This document shows positions 39,828 through 53,351 of a DNA stretch of 64,000 nt, in pieces. How positions within the stretch are numbered: the first letter of the stretch is position 1; every line of letters begins with the position of its first letter. The translations under genes were made by a program, and so were the position numbers. Location: NCBI GenBank assembly GCA_013239625.1, contig MU053559.1, forward strand, positions 806,001 to 870,000, written 5' to 3'. Source of the stretch: Lama guanicoe (taxonomy: Eukaryota). The notes beneath the pieces are model-generated. The model saw nothing but the letters and a program-made list of their open reading frames with translations, searched no databases and was not told the origin of the DNA.

Positions 39828-40170
39828 TAAAAAAGAGACAAATGAACTTATGTATAAAACAGAAACAGACTCACAGACATAGAATACAGACTTGTGGTTG
39901 CCAGCCGGGAGGGAGGAGGGGGGTGCGAAGGGATAGACTGGGAGTTCGAGTTTGCAAATACTGACTGGTATATATAAAACAGATAACACGTTTCTACTGT
40001 ATAGCACAGGGAACTATATTCAATATCTTGTAGTAGCTCACAGTGAAAGAGAATATGAAAATGAATATACGTATATTCATGTATGACTGAAGAATTGTGC
40101 TGTACACCAGAAACTGACACAACATTGTAAACGGACTATAACTCAATAAAAGAAAAAAAAGAAAAGAAGT
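39828..40170 (+). mobile_element. L1 3'UTR fragment
   Basis: ACAGAAACAGACTCACAGACATAGAA..CTCAATAAAA tail. Confidence 0.9.
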
Positions 40171-40299
40171 TAATAATAAAAACCTTAGATAAATCAAATA
40201 AATGTAACAATAGGGGTTTAAAGAAAACAAAGAGCTGGTCCTTTAAAATGAACAATGTCATAGATAATGCCCTAGCAAATGAAATACAGAAGGGTTAAA

Positions 40300-40385
40300 A
40301 AACATACATATGTACATATGTGTGTGTGTATGTATGTATGGGTGTATATATGTGTGTGTGCATATATATATATAAAAAGACACAC

Positions 40386-40422
<37 letters not shown>

Positions 40423-40438
40423 GAGAGATAGAGAGAGA
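40300..40438. repeat. Compound (TG)/(TA)/(GA) microsatellite
   Basis: Seen directly. Confidence 0.9.
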
Positions 40439-40879
40439 AAATCTTTTCCAGATGAGGCAGTGTTTCGAAGTAGTTATTGTGGGATATTACGCATAACTGT
40501 ACAGCAACATATTTAATATTTATGAGAAACAGGTGCTTCCCCAGCAAAATGTAAATTAACAAAATTAATACAGGAAAAAACAGATAGACGAGAATAATGA
40601 ATGTAGAAGAGACCCAGAAATAAAATGACATAACACAATACAAATCGAAAGACTCTGAAAGGTAGAAAGGGAAGGTGGAGAGTCTACAGATCTCACAACA
40701 CAGTGGTGAATTCCCTTCATTTTCCCTCCCATATATCACAAACAGGGCACTAGAGAAGCTTATAACTCAGAGCCATCAAAAGGCACAGACAAAAAAAGCT
40801 CTAAGAAAAGCCTACTCCTGTTAATCAAAAGACCAAAAAAAAAAAAAGGCAAACTAACTGAACATACCCACCCTACTCC

Positions 40880-42360
40880 AGACAAATAGGATACACATTC
40901 TCTTCAATTACCTGTGCAACATTCTCCAAGACATGGCTTACCCCGGGGCATAAAACAAACCTCAACAAATTGAAATCACACAGCATATGTTCTTTGACTA
41001 TAATAGCTTCAAACTAGAAATCAATAAGAGAAAGTTCATGGGAAAGTCTCCAAACATTTGGAAATTAAACAAAACATTTGTATATGATCCATGGATCAAA
41101 GAGGAATTCTCAAGGGAAATTAAAAAGTAATGCATCAATATGAAATGCAACATATCAAAATTTGCAGGATGCAGATAAAGCAGTACTGAGAGGGAAACTT
41201 ACAATCCTAAATGTTTACATTAGAAAAGAATTAAGGAATGAAATCAATAAGGTAAGCTCCCACCAAAGGATACTAGAAAAGGAAGGGCAAAGTAAACCCA
41301 AAGCAAGAAGGAAGGAAGGAATAAACATAAGAGCAAAATCAGTGAAATTGAAAACAGAAAAACAACAGAGATAACTCAATGAAACCAAAAAGCTGGTTCT
41401 TTGAGAAGATTGATGAAATTGGTAATCCTCTAGCAAGACTGACAAAGATGAAAAGAGAGAAGACACAGATTACCAACATCAGAAATGAAACAGGAGATAT
41501 AACTATAGATCCTGCAACTATTAAAAGAAAAGGGGATACCACAAACTACCTTATGCATGTAAATTAACAACTTGGATGAAATACTCCAATTCCTCACAAA
41601 ACACAGACTCCTACAAATTACCTACTATTAAATACATAGATACTCTGAGAAGATGTTAGATAACCTGAATAGTCATTTAACTACCACAGAAATTGGAGCC
41701 ATAATCAAAAAACTTCCAAAAGGAAATTTCCAGGCCCAGATGGTTTCACAGGAGAATTCCAGCAAACATTTAAAGAAAAAATAGCATCGTTCTACACAAT
41801 CTCTTCCACAAAGCAGAAGGGGAGAAAACACTTCCTGACTCATTCTATGAGATCAGTATTACCCTAATACTAAAACCAAAGATGGTACAAAAAAAAATTA
41901 TAGACCTACATCTCTCATGAACTTAGGCACAAAAATGCTCAAAGAAAAACTATTAGCTAATCAACTCCTGCAGAAAAGAATTGCACACCACAACAAAGTG
42001 AGATTTATTCCAGGAGTGTAAGTCTGGTTCAATATTCAAAAATCAGTGTATTCCCCCATATTAACAGGGTAAAGTAGAAAAATCACAGGATCATATAAAT
42101 TTATACAGTATTGACAAAACTCAACACACATTCATGATAAAAGTAAACAGACACATAGATCAATGGAACAAAATAGAGAACCGAGAAATAGCCCCACAAA
42201 AGAACAGCCCATTTATTTATCACAAAGGTGCAGAACAAATAAGTGGAGGAAATACAGTCTTTTTAACAAACGGTGTTTGAGTCATTGGATATCCGAAAAA
42301 AATGGACATCGATCTAAGTCTCATACTTTATACAAAACTTAACTCAGAATGGATCATGGT
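40880..42360 (+). mobile_element. Old L1 ORF2 fragment
   Basis: [30 protein letters not shown] motifs. Confidence 0.85.
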
Positions 42361-42859
42361 CACGAGGAAGGAGAAATGAACAAATCACTATCACAGTGGA
42401 GACGAATCTCTCCTTTCTCTGTAATAGGATAAACAGACAAAAAAGAGTACAAATTTTGTATAACACAGTTGACAACTGAACAATTAAATATTATTTTCGA
42501 ATTATACATGGAACATGTATTAAAAATTCACCAAGGACTAGGCCATGAGTCCCCTCAGATTTCCAGGAATGAGCTTCATGTAGACATATTTCTGACCACA
42601 GAACACTAAGGTTAGAAGTCTAGTAAAAAGGTAAACTTTCGTAAAATGAAGATGTACTTCCAAATAATTCATGGGCAAAAGAAAAATGATCAACTCTGAG
42701 AAAACACTTAGAACGTAATGAACCAAATCTTGTGGGTCTCAGAGTGAACTTTAAGACCTTAACGTTGATATGAGGTAAGAGGAAAGCCTGAAAAATAACG
42801 AACGAATCACCCAACTACATTCGGACAACCATCACTGACCATACAGAATTCCCCAACAC

Positions 42860-43300
42860 TCACCCTCCCCGGGTCCCCATCACCTCCACATCCCTCCGGC
42901 ACAGGGCACTGAGATCCTCTTGACAACAACTATCAAACCGCGGCTGAAAACCGCAGCCGCTTCCGGTCACCACCTCTAGCACCGCCCCTTCTCGGGGTTT
43001 GGGGCTTCGCCATGAGGGGCGTGGCTTTGCACATGCGCACAATCACATTAGAAGCCACCGCCAGCCAAGAGTCAACATGGAGTCATTACGGAGTCGGTGT
43101 TTTGGGGCATCTGGTGCCTCTCGGCCGCCGTAGTCAGGCGGGGAACATGGCCGCGCCCAGGTCGCGCTTCCCCACGGGGCACGCCATGTTGGAGGAATGT
43201 CCATTCCGTACAGAGGGTGAGGAAGCGTCTAAACTCACTTTGCAGAGCAGTGGAGCTGTCTCACAGGGGTGGGGACTTATCTCTGGGCGGGCTTCCTGGA
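42860..43300. promoter_or_regulatory. CpG-rich promoter of ZNF81, possibly bidirectional
   Basis: Most CpG-dense patch in the window; ETS/GABP CTTCCGGT 42960, GC box 42981, NRF1-like TGCACATGCGCA 43028, YY1-like AACATGGC(C)G at 43144 (+) and about 43182 (-). Confidence 0.75.
42864..42965 (-). other. ZNF81: Probable non-coding exon 1 of ZNF81 (5' end approximate)
   Basis: CpG-rich segment ending in the strong donor AGG|gtgagt at 42864/42863, upstream of the ATG exon. Confidence 0.65.
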
Positions 43301-44045
43301 GGAGGGGTCTCTGGATCTGTACTCAATGGATCTGTGTAATAATTTCAGAGAAGCTGAGGGGCCTCTGGAAAGACGCAGAGTGGCTGCTGTCTCGTGGCAG
43401 ATAGCAAAGGATGAGAAGGGAGAAGTCAGACTGAGTGCAGGCCTCTCCTGGAACATACCACGAGGAAAGAAAGGGAAGAAATCAGGGACCTGCAAGCCCT
43501 CCTAGGATACAGCACTCGGGGTGAAAAGGAGAGAAGTCAGTGTTAAGTTTCCCCTCTGCTGGGCTTGTGGGGTTTGGCTGTGGGATTTGGATGTTCTCAT
43601 AATCTACATTATCTCCTACTCTGGCTACCTCAGCTAAAATAAAAATATATACTAATAATGATTTTTATTTTTCCTTACTTTAATGCAATGTCTTTAAAAA
43701 TGTCTTTAGGAGATTATTTTTATTTTCCCAGAAAATAAAATCTATGTAGTAATACGGCCCTTACTTTGCAAATGTAGCTTTAAGGCTGGACTGATTCTGC
43801 CCTTGAACCAGTTTGCTGCCCCTTATCACCACCAACGTGGAGATTCTAGAGATGCTCCTGCCCTCCTGGGAGAGGTCACTGGGCAGAAGGGGAAGAAGGT
43901 GTGCTGCCCTTCACCTGGGAATGCCTACTTATCCTTCAAAACCGAGTTCAGATATCTTCTCCACCAGGAAGGCCTCCTGACAGAGATAGAAGGCTCTGTG
44001 CCCCACTGAAGGCCTTTCTGAATCCTCAAGTGAAGAAAGTATTTT

Positions 44046-44686
44046 TGTTGCCAGTGATTCGGTTCTTACCTCATCCCAGAAAGAATTCAGAGATGAAACA
44101 CGGAGGTTAAGAAAGCAGGGATTTATTAAGGGATGGATAGTACACTCTCCAGGGGAGAGCGGGCAGGCTCAGGTGAGCAGCTGTGCTTGGGTTTTTTGGT
44201 AAGTTGGTTACACAGAATGTAAAAATGAATGGGCAGTATATTCATTGGGGAAGGAAGGGTTTGGGGTCTTATTCCCTGATTTTCATCCCAACTCCACCTT
44301 CCCAAGGGGAGGAGGGATTTTTGTCCTTAGTCTGGATCTGAAGTGTCATGGTGTCAGTGCGTGATGCGTACTTCTAACCTGTAAGGCTAATTTTATTGAA
44401 ATTTATTAAATTTTATTTAAATTTTATTTAAATTCATTGGAAACACTGGAGAGTCCTGCCTTTTTCCACCTTTCTTTGTAGGCCTCCAGGCACTTGTCAC
44501 CCCAAAATGTGTGACCGCTTATCAGCCCAGATGTTCCTGCTTTCCTATGTCTGCCCAGGGACCCCTGTTATTTACATGTATGGTTTTCTGCATTTGGCCC
44601 CATGCCCCTCCTTTTTGCCCCATCCCTGCCATTTGGCCTGCACCCCCCTTTCTGTGCTCATATCTAGCTATCTGCATGCTCTAACA
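44046..44686 (-). mobile_element. Solo ERV LTR
   Basis: TGTTG...CTAACA termini, TSD TTTT, AATAAA on the minus strand at about 44122. Confidence 0.75.
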
Positions 44687-45619
44687 TTTTGAAGGGCTCA
44701 GGCGTGCACTTGCTGGATGCTCTCAGTCCAGTCACATCCCCTCTGGGCCTCAGTTGAATAATCTGGAATGTAAAGGTGTCCTACTCCAATCAGCCTAAGA
44801 CCATCTGGGACGAATTTTCAGTCTGACAGATCTGTCAGTCAATGAGGGAGACCATACACCAGAGGAACCGTGTAGTGGCTCACTAAACAAAGGAAAAAAT
44901 AAAGTCATTATTGGATTCTGAGGAATGGGGACGTTCTGATGAAATGTAAATGAAGCAGCATTTGGTAAACTCAAAGCAAAGCAGGGCTGTATGTGGACAG
45001 TAAAGTGAACCCAGAATCCTGTTTCATTGGAAACAATAAAGTTAAGATAGATATAGAATTTTGTGTCTAGATACCCCTTCTCTCTGCCTGGAGCTGGAAA
45101 TCTTAGCTGCTTTTTTGTGTCTAAGTGACTTAACAATCTCTAGCAAGAGTGGGATATTTTATTTGTACTGCTGTCATTTCACACAGCAGCTTCTGATAGT
45201 CTATGATTGTAGAGAACACAGTTTCTCAGTGACTGAAAAAGCAGTAGTCCCTCAAAATAGGAGTTTTTATGGCATTACAGCTACAGGACATCCTTGGGAG
45301 AAATAATGTTTCCTGTTAATTTTGCATCTGTCTTTACCTGTGTCTGTTCTCCCAGCCTGATGAAGGGCAGAGCAGATTATAAAAACTTTGAGCTAGCTTT
45401 TAATTTCTTAGAGTGTTGGACTCTCTAATTATCCCAGATTATCTTTCTACCCCTAGAGCCCTGGTCTGGGTGTTTGTTGAATGAATAAATGAAAGAAGAA
45501 ATGGAAGCAGTGGAAGCATATTTGGCACACATACATGTGTAATAGAGGACCAGGAATCATTGTTAATGTTGAGTGTCATAATAGTACTATGGTTACGTTT
45601 TTTTAAAAAACTAGGTCTA

Positions 45620-46545
45620 TTACTGTATAGCACAGGGAACCATATTCAGTTTCTTGTCATAAGCTATAATGGAAAAGAATCTGAAAATATAGGTATATAT
45701 ATTTATGTATAATGGAATTGCTTTGCTGTACACCTGAAACTAACATTGTAAATCAACTACACTTCAATAAAAAATAAAGTTAAAAATTTTTTAAAAACTA
45801 GGTCTTTTAGACTATTTCAGAGAAGAAAGAAAGAGCCGATAAACATATGAAGAGATGTTCCAAGTCTTCAGTTCTCAGGGAAATACAAATCAGCACAGGA
45901 TGAGATGACACTCTATACTCATTCAATTTGCCAAAATTGAAGTCTGACAATCCAAAGTGGTGGAGCAGATGTACACCCACAGGAACTTTTTGCCCTGTTG
46001 AAGGAATATAAACCAGTGTAACCACCTTAGAAAATAGTTGGAATTTCCTCCTACCGTGAATATTTACATACCTCACAATCTAGCCAGTCCCCTCTTAGGG
46101 AATATATCCAAGAGGATCACTTTCAACCTAGAAACCTAGAGCATGCATGGTACCCTGTTCATGACAGCAAAACCTGGAAACAGAAATGGATGTTCATCAA
46201 CAGGCATCAAAATGAATGAACTAGAACAGTAACCAACAATAAGGATGAATTTAAGGGAAAATACCCGTGATTCCCAAAAATAGTATAGAAAGTATAACAC
46301 ATTTTTATAAAATTAAAAGCTACTAATATAAAGAACATGAACTATTTAGGATTTTGTATAGTTGAGGTAAAATTATACAAAAAGGATATCAAAAATGGAT
46401 GCACTTGGGATTTAGGATGGTGGTTACCTCCGTTGAGGGCAGGCAGGGTAATGAATTGGGGGAACACGTGGCTAGAGGGAGGTTATTGTCAAGGCCATAC
46501 CTTTTCTTTTGGGTGATAGGTGCACAAGTGCTAACGATATTATTA
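45620..46545 (+). mobile_element. Short L1 3' fragment (45622-45790) plus ancient L1ME-like 3' region
   Basis: CTGTATAGCACAGGGAAC..CTTCAATAAAA flanked by repeated AAAAACTAGGTCT. Confidence 0.7.
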
Positions 46546-48509
46546 AAACTAACTTAATATTGAAGTTAATTGGGAGAATTAAACTGTTAGATAAATATCT
46601 AAATGTAAAACGAGAAAAGTCTTCATGGAGAAAAGTGCTGTCCCTTCCTTGAACGGGGTAAGAAAATCTATGGCCGCAGCCCAGAGATGCCCCCCGCCCC
46701 GGGGTGGGATGCGCAAGGAGGCAGGAGCTCCATGGTCCTGACTCTTACCGTGGCCACTGCCAAAGTGCCCCTTCTGCAAGACTCACTCCATCACACCATT
46801 TATGCACCTGCTCAAATGTCTTTCTTCAGATATTTTTCTTTCCTAACTTACCAAACTCTCTAGCTCCTCGCCATGCTTTCATTTTCTTCACAGCCTTCCT
46901 GTTTATTGAAAATTACAGATACATTATTCATCTACTGTTTGCTCATGTCTTTGTACTGATACTAAAGTGATTTCTGCTTCTCACATATGTGGAGTAATCA
47001 ACTGCTTTATTTTTAGTATCTTTATTCCACATGGGAAGAGCAGTAACACACATAGACTGGATTCATTTTCTTAAAAGATTAATTATTCCTTCCAAAAGAC
47101 TCTGCAGGCAGGATGACATGACTAATTATAAAACTGACTTGGTATGAGTAACACAGGAAATACTAGAAACGTAGAATGTCTAAGTATGTAACACCCTATT
47201 TGTTCATTCATCAAATATTTATTGATCACCAGTCACTGCTCTTGGTACTTGATGTTTGATAAAACAAAACAGCCCCCAAGTCCCTAGCATCCTAGTAGAG
47301 AAGAGAGGCAATCAACATTGTTTGTTAAAAGGTGATAACTCTAAAGGTGGCTGGATAGGACAGAGTGATGTGAACTGGAAATGCTGGGGGACTGCCACTT
47401 TAATTAGGAAGAACAGAGTTTCCTTTTAAACTCTACCACTGACTCTCCTGCATTCTGGAGCAGGCTAGTCTCCAACCTTCATATTTATGTGAGCATCCAG
47501 CTGAAACCAGGAAGAATGCAAGGTCAGAATATTTTCATACCTGCAATTAAGGACATAATAATGAGCACCTCTTTGTCCTACAGTAGATGCAAGGAGTAAT
47601 AACCACGGTCTTCTGATCAGTCATGTCTCGCATGCCTTCCTTGTGTAGGCAAAAAATGTTTTACAGTATCTACTGAGCAGGGACCTTTGGACCAACAGCC
47701 ACAACCATTTACATGTGTCAGTAGATAGAAGGGAATAGTAGCTTAATTTTACACTCAGCTTTGTAATGGAAAAAAATTCACGCTACTACTGGGTAATCAC
47801 AGAGCCCAGCCCTATCCAGCCCAGAATGTTGAACTGGGGCCCAAAAACAATGTGATTGGTCTGAGGGCATGAAGATATAGAAAACACCAGAGCTCAGAGC
47901 TAGGTCCTTTCAAATAGGACCTGCTGGGTCAGAAGGGCTATCAGTGGAGTCTCCCACCACTGTCAGAGAGGGCTTCCCAAAGGAGGTATGTGAGCTGGGT
48001 TTTGAAGAATGTCCAGTAGATTGTCCATTGAAGGGATGTCATGGGTTCTTTTCACCTCTGCCCCAACAACGTCTCCCAGAGGAGCAATGCTTTCTCCATA
48101 ATTTCCATATTTGAGGTGCTAAAGGGCAGCAAACTCCTTGTGGGGCAGGACTGGAAATTTGTTGCAATGTTGTACTTGTGTACTTACTACTTAGATTTTA
48201 TTTTCCGAGGAACCATGAATAATAAAATCTCCTAGAAGATGTTTTTATTGACACATTGTATTAGACAGAGAAAACAACCCTTGGCTCTATCAGGACTTGA
48301 AGAACATGAAAAAGAAACTGCATCCTGTAACTTACAAGGCACATAAAGTAGAAACAAAATGATACACCAAGAACACCAAGATTATTTTGCAGAGTACCAG
48401 GGAAATTGCAGATATGGAAACAACTAGCTGACAGCCCCTTACATAAGCACACTGAGGGACTAGGATGACTGACAGTTAACTTGAAACCTCATAGGAATCA
48501 ATTTGGGCT

Positions 48510-51500
48510 GGCAGCCAAGACGGTAGAGTAGAAGGAGCTGGAGCTCATCTCCTCTCATGAACACAACAAAATCACAACTAACCACAGAACCACCTTTGAT
48601 GAAAAAGACTGGAACCTACCAGAACAGATCTTCCATAACTAAAGACATACAGAAAAAAACCATAACAAGATGGGTAGGAGGGGTGGACTCATGATATAAT
48701 CAAGTCCCATACCCCTGGGTGAGTGACCCACAAACTGGAGAATAATTATATTGCAGAGGTTCACCCACAGGAGTGAGAGTTCTGAGCCTCACATCAAGCT
48801 CCCCAGCTTGGGGGTGCAGCACCAGCAAAAGGAGCCCCCAGAGAATTTGGCTTTGAAGGCAAGCAGGGCTTAACTGCAGGAGCCCTACAGGACTGGGGGA
48901 AATAGAGACTTCACTCTTAAAGGATGCACACAAAATCTCACACACACTGGGACCCAAGGGCAAAAGCAGTAATTTCATAGGAGCCCGGGCCAGACCTACC
49001 TGCTGGTGTTGGAGGGTCTCCTTGGGAGGCAAGGGATGGCTATGGCTCACCCTGGGAACATAGACACAGTGGTGGACATACCAAGGAGCATTCACTTGCA
49101 TGAATTCTCCTTTCTGGAGGGTGAAATCTTTCTTGGGTCATTAGCAGCAAGACCTGGCCCCACCCAATAGCCTGTAAGATATGGTGATAGGATGCCTCAA
49201 GCCAGACAACTAACTAGATGGGGACACATCCCTACCCATCAGCTGACAGGCTGTCTAAACACTTTCTGAGCCCACAGCCGCCTCTACACACACCTCTAGA
49301 TACAGCCCCGCACACGGGACAGTCAAGACTCAGCTCCACCCACAAGAGGGCAGGCACTCCCGCCAGGAAGCCTGAACAAGCCTCTAGACTAGCCTCACCC
49401 AGCAGGCGGCACACATCAGAAGCAAGAAAACTAATGAGGCGGGAAGCCCCATAAAAAGACCAGCAGGACCCCTAGGCAGGGCCGCTGCTCTCTTCCCACT
49501 AGCGTCTGGATCCCTGGCTCAGAGGCTTTATCTCACTTTTTGCCTCTAAAGCGGCTAACATACACCTAAAATTATATTGGTTCCCTGAGCTCACTTTTGA
49601 TTGGTTATTTCCTTCACTCCCAATTGGTTATTACTCTCACTTCTGATTGGTTATTCTCACTCCTGATTGGTCCACTTTCCTAACTTCTGATTGGCCCATT
49701 TGTAGTACTTCATTTGCATGGAGCTCACTCCTGATTAGTCTATTTCTACAAAGCTTGTTCCTGGTTGGTCAACTTCTGTTGTACTTTATTTGCATATGAT
49801 GTTGCAAAGTGTAAAATTGGCAGCCTATGAAAGGCCTGTGTAAACCTACAGACGGGGTCCAGAACTTGAAGTGTGAAGTGTTAACTCCTCTGGGCTGGCT
49901 GGCATAATAAACCTGAGTTCTCCAGCTCTCTGAGTGCTGCTTGGTCTCTCGCCCGGATCCAGGTTGCAGTCACAACTGAGCTGTAACACCAAGCTGTAAC
50001 ACATTTTTCCGCAACACTATGATCCCGCAGCCTATGGAACAAGTCCACAAATGCAGGCCAGACCTGATCCTGGGACAAGCTGGCCCTTGGTCATTGGGTA
50101 ACAAGAGGGGAATGCACTGTTGGGATGCATAAGATGTCTCCTACACAGGTCCACTTCTCCGAGGTCAAGAAATGAAACTAATCTACCACACATAAAAATA
50201 CAAATGAAATTTATACAAAATGAGGCAGCAGAGGAATATATTCCAGATGAAGGAACAAGATAAAATCCCAGAAGAAGGACTAAGTGATGTGGCGATAGCC
50301 AATCTACCTGAGAAATAGTTCAGAGTAATGATCGTTAAGATGATCAAAGAATTCAGGAAGAGAATGGATGCACAGAGCAAGGAGTTAGAAGTTTTTAACA
50401 AAGAGTTAGAAAACATAAAGACCAACCAAATAGAGTTGAAGAATGCAATAAATGCAATAAAAAAAATAGACTGGAAGAATCAATAATAGACGAAATGAGG
50501 CAGAAGAATGGGTCAGTGAGCTGGAAGACAAAGCAGTGGAAATCACTACCACAGAACAGAAAAAAGAATGAAAAGAAATGAGGACAGTTTAAGAGACCTC
50601 TGGAACAATGTAAAGTGCACTAGCATTCGCATTATAGGAGCCCCAGAAGGAGAAGTGAGGGGGAAAGGGCCTGAGAAAATATTTAAAGAAATAATAGCTA
50701 AAAGCCCCTCTAACCTGGGAAAGGAAACAGTCACCCAAGTCCAGGAAGTGCAGAGTCCCACATAGGATTAACCCTAAGAGGACTACACCTAGACACACAG
50801 AAATTAAAATGACAAAAATTAAAGAGAGAATATTAAAAGCAACTTCAACATAATAAAGGCCATATATGACAAACCCACAGCTAACATCATACTTAATAGT
50901 GAAAAGCTGAAAGCATTTCCTCTGAGATCAGGAACAAGACAAGGATATCCACTCTTACCACTTTTATTCAACAGTTTTGGAAGTCCTAGCTACAGTAGTC
51001 AGAGAAGAAAAAGAAATAAAAGGAATCCAAATTGGAAAAGAAGAAATAAAACTGTCACTGTTTGCAGATGACCTGATTCTATACATAGAAAATCCTAAAC
51101 ATTTTCTGCACAAGCTTCTAGACCAGCCTCACTCACCAGGTGGCAGACATCAGAAGCAAGATGGGTAGAGCTATTAGAGCTCATCAATGAATTTGGTAAA
51201 GTTGCAGGATACAAAATTAATATACAGAAATCTGTTGCATTTCTATACACTAACAAAGAAATATCAGAATGTAAACTGGTGCAGCCACTATGGAGAACAG
51301 CATGGAGGATTCTTAAAAAACTAAAAATAGGGTTACCATATGATCCCGCAATCCCTCTTGGGCATATATCTGGAGGGAACTCTAACTCAAAGAGATACAT
51401 ACACCCCAATGTTCACAGCAGCACTATTTACAATATCCAACACATGGAAGCAACCTAAATGTCCATCTACAGATGAATGAATAAAGAAGATGTGATGTGT

Positions 51501-51975
51501 GTGTATTACACATATATATGAATATTATTCAGCCATAAAAAAGAATGAAATAATGCCATTTGCAGCAGACATGGATGGACCTGGAGATTGTCATTCTAAG
51601 TGAAGTAAGTCAGAAACAGAACGAAAAATACCATATGATATCACTTATATGTGGAACCAAAAAAATGATACAAATGAACTTATTTACAAACCATAAATAA
51701 ACTCAAAGACTTAGAAAACAAACTATGGTTTCCAAAGGGGAAAGGGGCAGGGGAGGGATAAATTAGGAGTTTGGTATTTGCAGATATTAGCTACTATACA
51801 CAGAATATGTAAAAAACAAGGTCCTACTGTATAGCACAGGGAACTATATTCAGTAGCTTGTAATAACCTATAATGAAAAATATGAAAAAGAATATGTATG
51901 TATGACTGAATCACTATGCTGTACACCAGAAACTAACACAACATTGTTAATCGACTATACTTCAAGTTAAGAAAA
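48510..51975 (+). mobile_element. L1 with 5'UTR, partial ORF1 and heavily deleted ORF2; LTR inserted in the 5'UTR
   Basis: Starts CCAAGA(C)GG.AGAGTAG; ORF1 MKRNEDSLRDLWNNVK; ORF2 pieces ([18 protein letters not shown]); 3'UTR. Confidence 0.85.
49435..50016 (+). mobile_element. Solo ERV LTR with a tandem CCAAT array
   Basis: TG..CA termini, near-TSD CTAA/CTAT, at least 6 ATTGG boxes, AATAAA at about 49905. Confidence 0.85.
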
Positions 51976-51979
51976 AAAG

Positions 51980-52324
51980 TCACAGGCAAAAAATCCACCA
52001 CGCGTTACGTAAATAACCCCCCGAATTTGCACATGCCACCAACCCATGAAGAAGCTTGAAGAGCAGTAGCGCCTGCGCAAGGAACTTTTGAAACTTACAG
52101 ACTGCTTTCCACCAATCATTTCTGCGGCCCCTCCTCGGCCTGCTCCCTACTTCCGCAATAAGTATCCCACTAAACAGTCAATCCATGAGACAGAGCTGAG
52201 CTTGCCTCTTGTCTTTTAATTTGGTCTCCCTGCAAGAAAGCCTTTTCTCTCTGCAAAAGTCCGTTGCCTCGGTGTTGGGTCTTTCTGTTGTGCAGCAGGC
52301 AACGAGACCCCTTGCTCAGGTACA
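51980..52324 (+). mobile_element. 3' half of an ERV1-like LTR (5' half possibly at about 48256-48505, split by the L1)
   Basis: LTR-like U3/R/U5 text ending GACCCCTTGCTCAGGTACA. Confidence 0.5.
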
Positions 52325-52784
52325 ATGGTGAGTTCCCTGGGTTTCCTTATTGCATCACATACATCCTGGAAACGTCCCTGGAAAGGCCTCCAACCCAGAA
52401 CCACCAACAGGCAAGACAAAAATGGATCCAAGAAAAGCCTGTCCTTTCTATTTAAAGGAAAGTATGGTCTAACAACAGAAAACCTTTGAGGCAATACTCA
52501 CTGTACTCCAGCCAAACTCTGACACAGTTTCAGCAAGTTGAGCGGGAAGCTGATTATCCGCCCCCAACTCACAGTTCTGCAGAAGCAGGTGGCAGTGCTC
52601 TGATTCCCCTGCTGGAGTAGGGTCAGCAGGGTCTGCCAGCAAGTTGTGCCTCTACTCCACCAGCATCAAAGAAATGGAACAAAGCAGTGCAAACTGGAGC
52701 CTGTCAGCATCCACTGCCTCCCACCCCTGAGGTCAGCAGGGCCGCAAGCGGAGTTGAACCTCCACACCCACTTGGAAGCAATGA

Positions 52785-53351
52785 TGTCACTCGTACATAT
52801 CCCAGGGAGATGAAAGATCTCAGTTTTAATCTGTTTCTATTCTTGTTCCAAAACACCTGATGTTTGTCAAAGATATTTATCAGTTACACCTCAAAGGAAA
52901 CGCAACAGTCAACTCTGAGCTGCTTCCAGCCTAACCCCAAGAGCAGTATCTGTGCAGAGGGAACTTTGAAGTGTCCAAAAGCTGCCTTTGCTTCGTTACC
53001 ATGCAAAGATCTCAGCCTAAAGGGAGGACTTATACTAGACACTTGTACCTTGATAGTGCTGTATGCAAGGGAGCCTGAGGGACTGCGCATTCACGGCTGT
53101 CCCAGAAACTCTCCGCATTTTTCCCCAGTTTCTGATGACTAACCTGCCTCTTACCCCTTAAAAGTCCCCTACGTTCCTCCTTTCGGGGAGAAGGTGTCTT
53201 TAAAGCAACAGCCCTCCCTCCTCCATTCCTTTAATCAGCAAATCGTTTCTGCTCTACTTTGCCAAATTTGGTGTCATTCAATTGGTGTGAGTGGCCCCAG
53301 GCAAGGAAAGGACTGAGTTGGGATCCACCTGATCTGAGAGGGTCAGTAACG
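52785..53351 (+). mobile_element. Solo LTR inserted in an ancient L1 5' region
   Basis: TGT...GTAAC(G) termini with 4-bp TSD ATGA. Confidence 0.65.

Noticed and set aside
43012..43404. 130-aa ORF at the promoter
   Set aside because: Non-ATG start, GC-rich chance ORF, no recognisable homology
46670..46710. GC-rich patch as a CTCF site
   Set aside because: Only a loose motif match; cannot be supported from sequence alone
49560..49780. Short tandem array resembling CRISPR-like repeats
   Set aside because: Eukaryotic LTR U3 CCAAT repeats, no unique spacers, no cas genes
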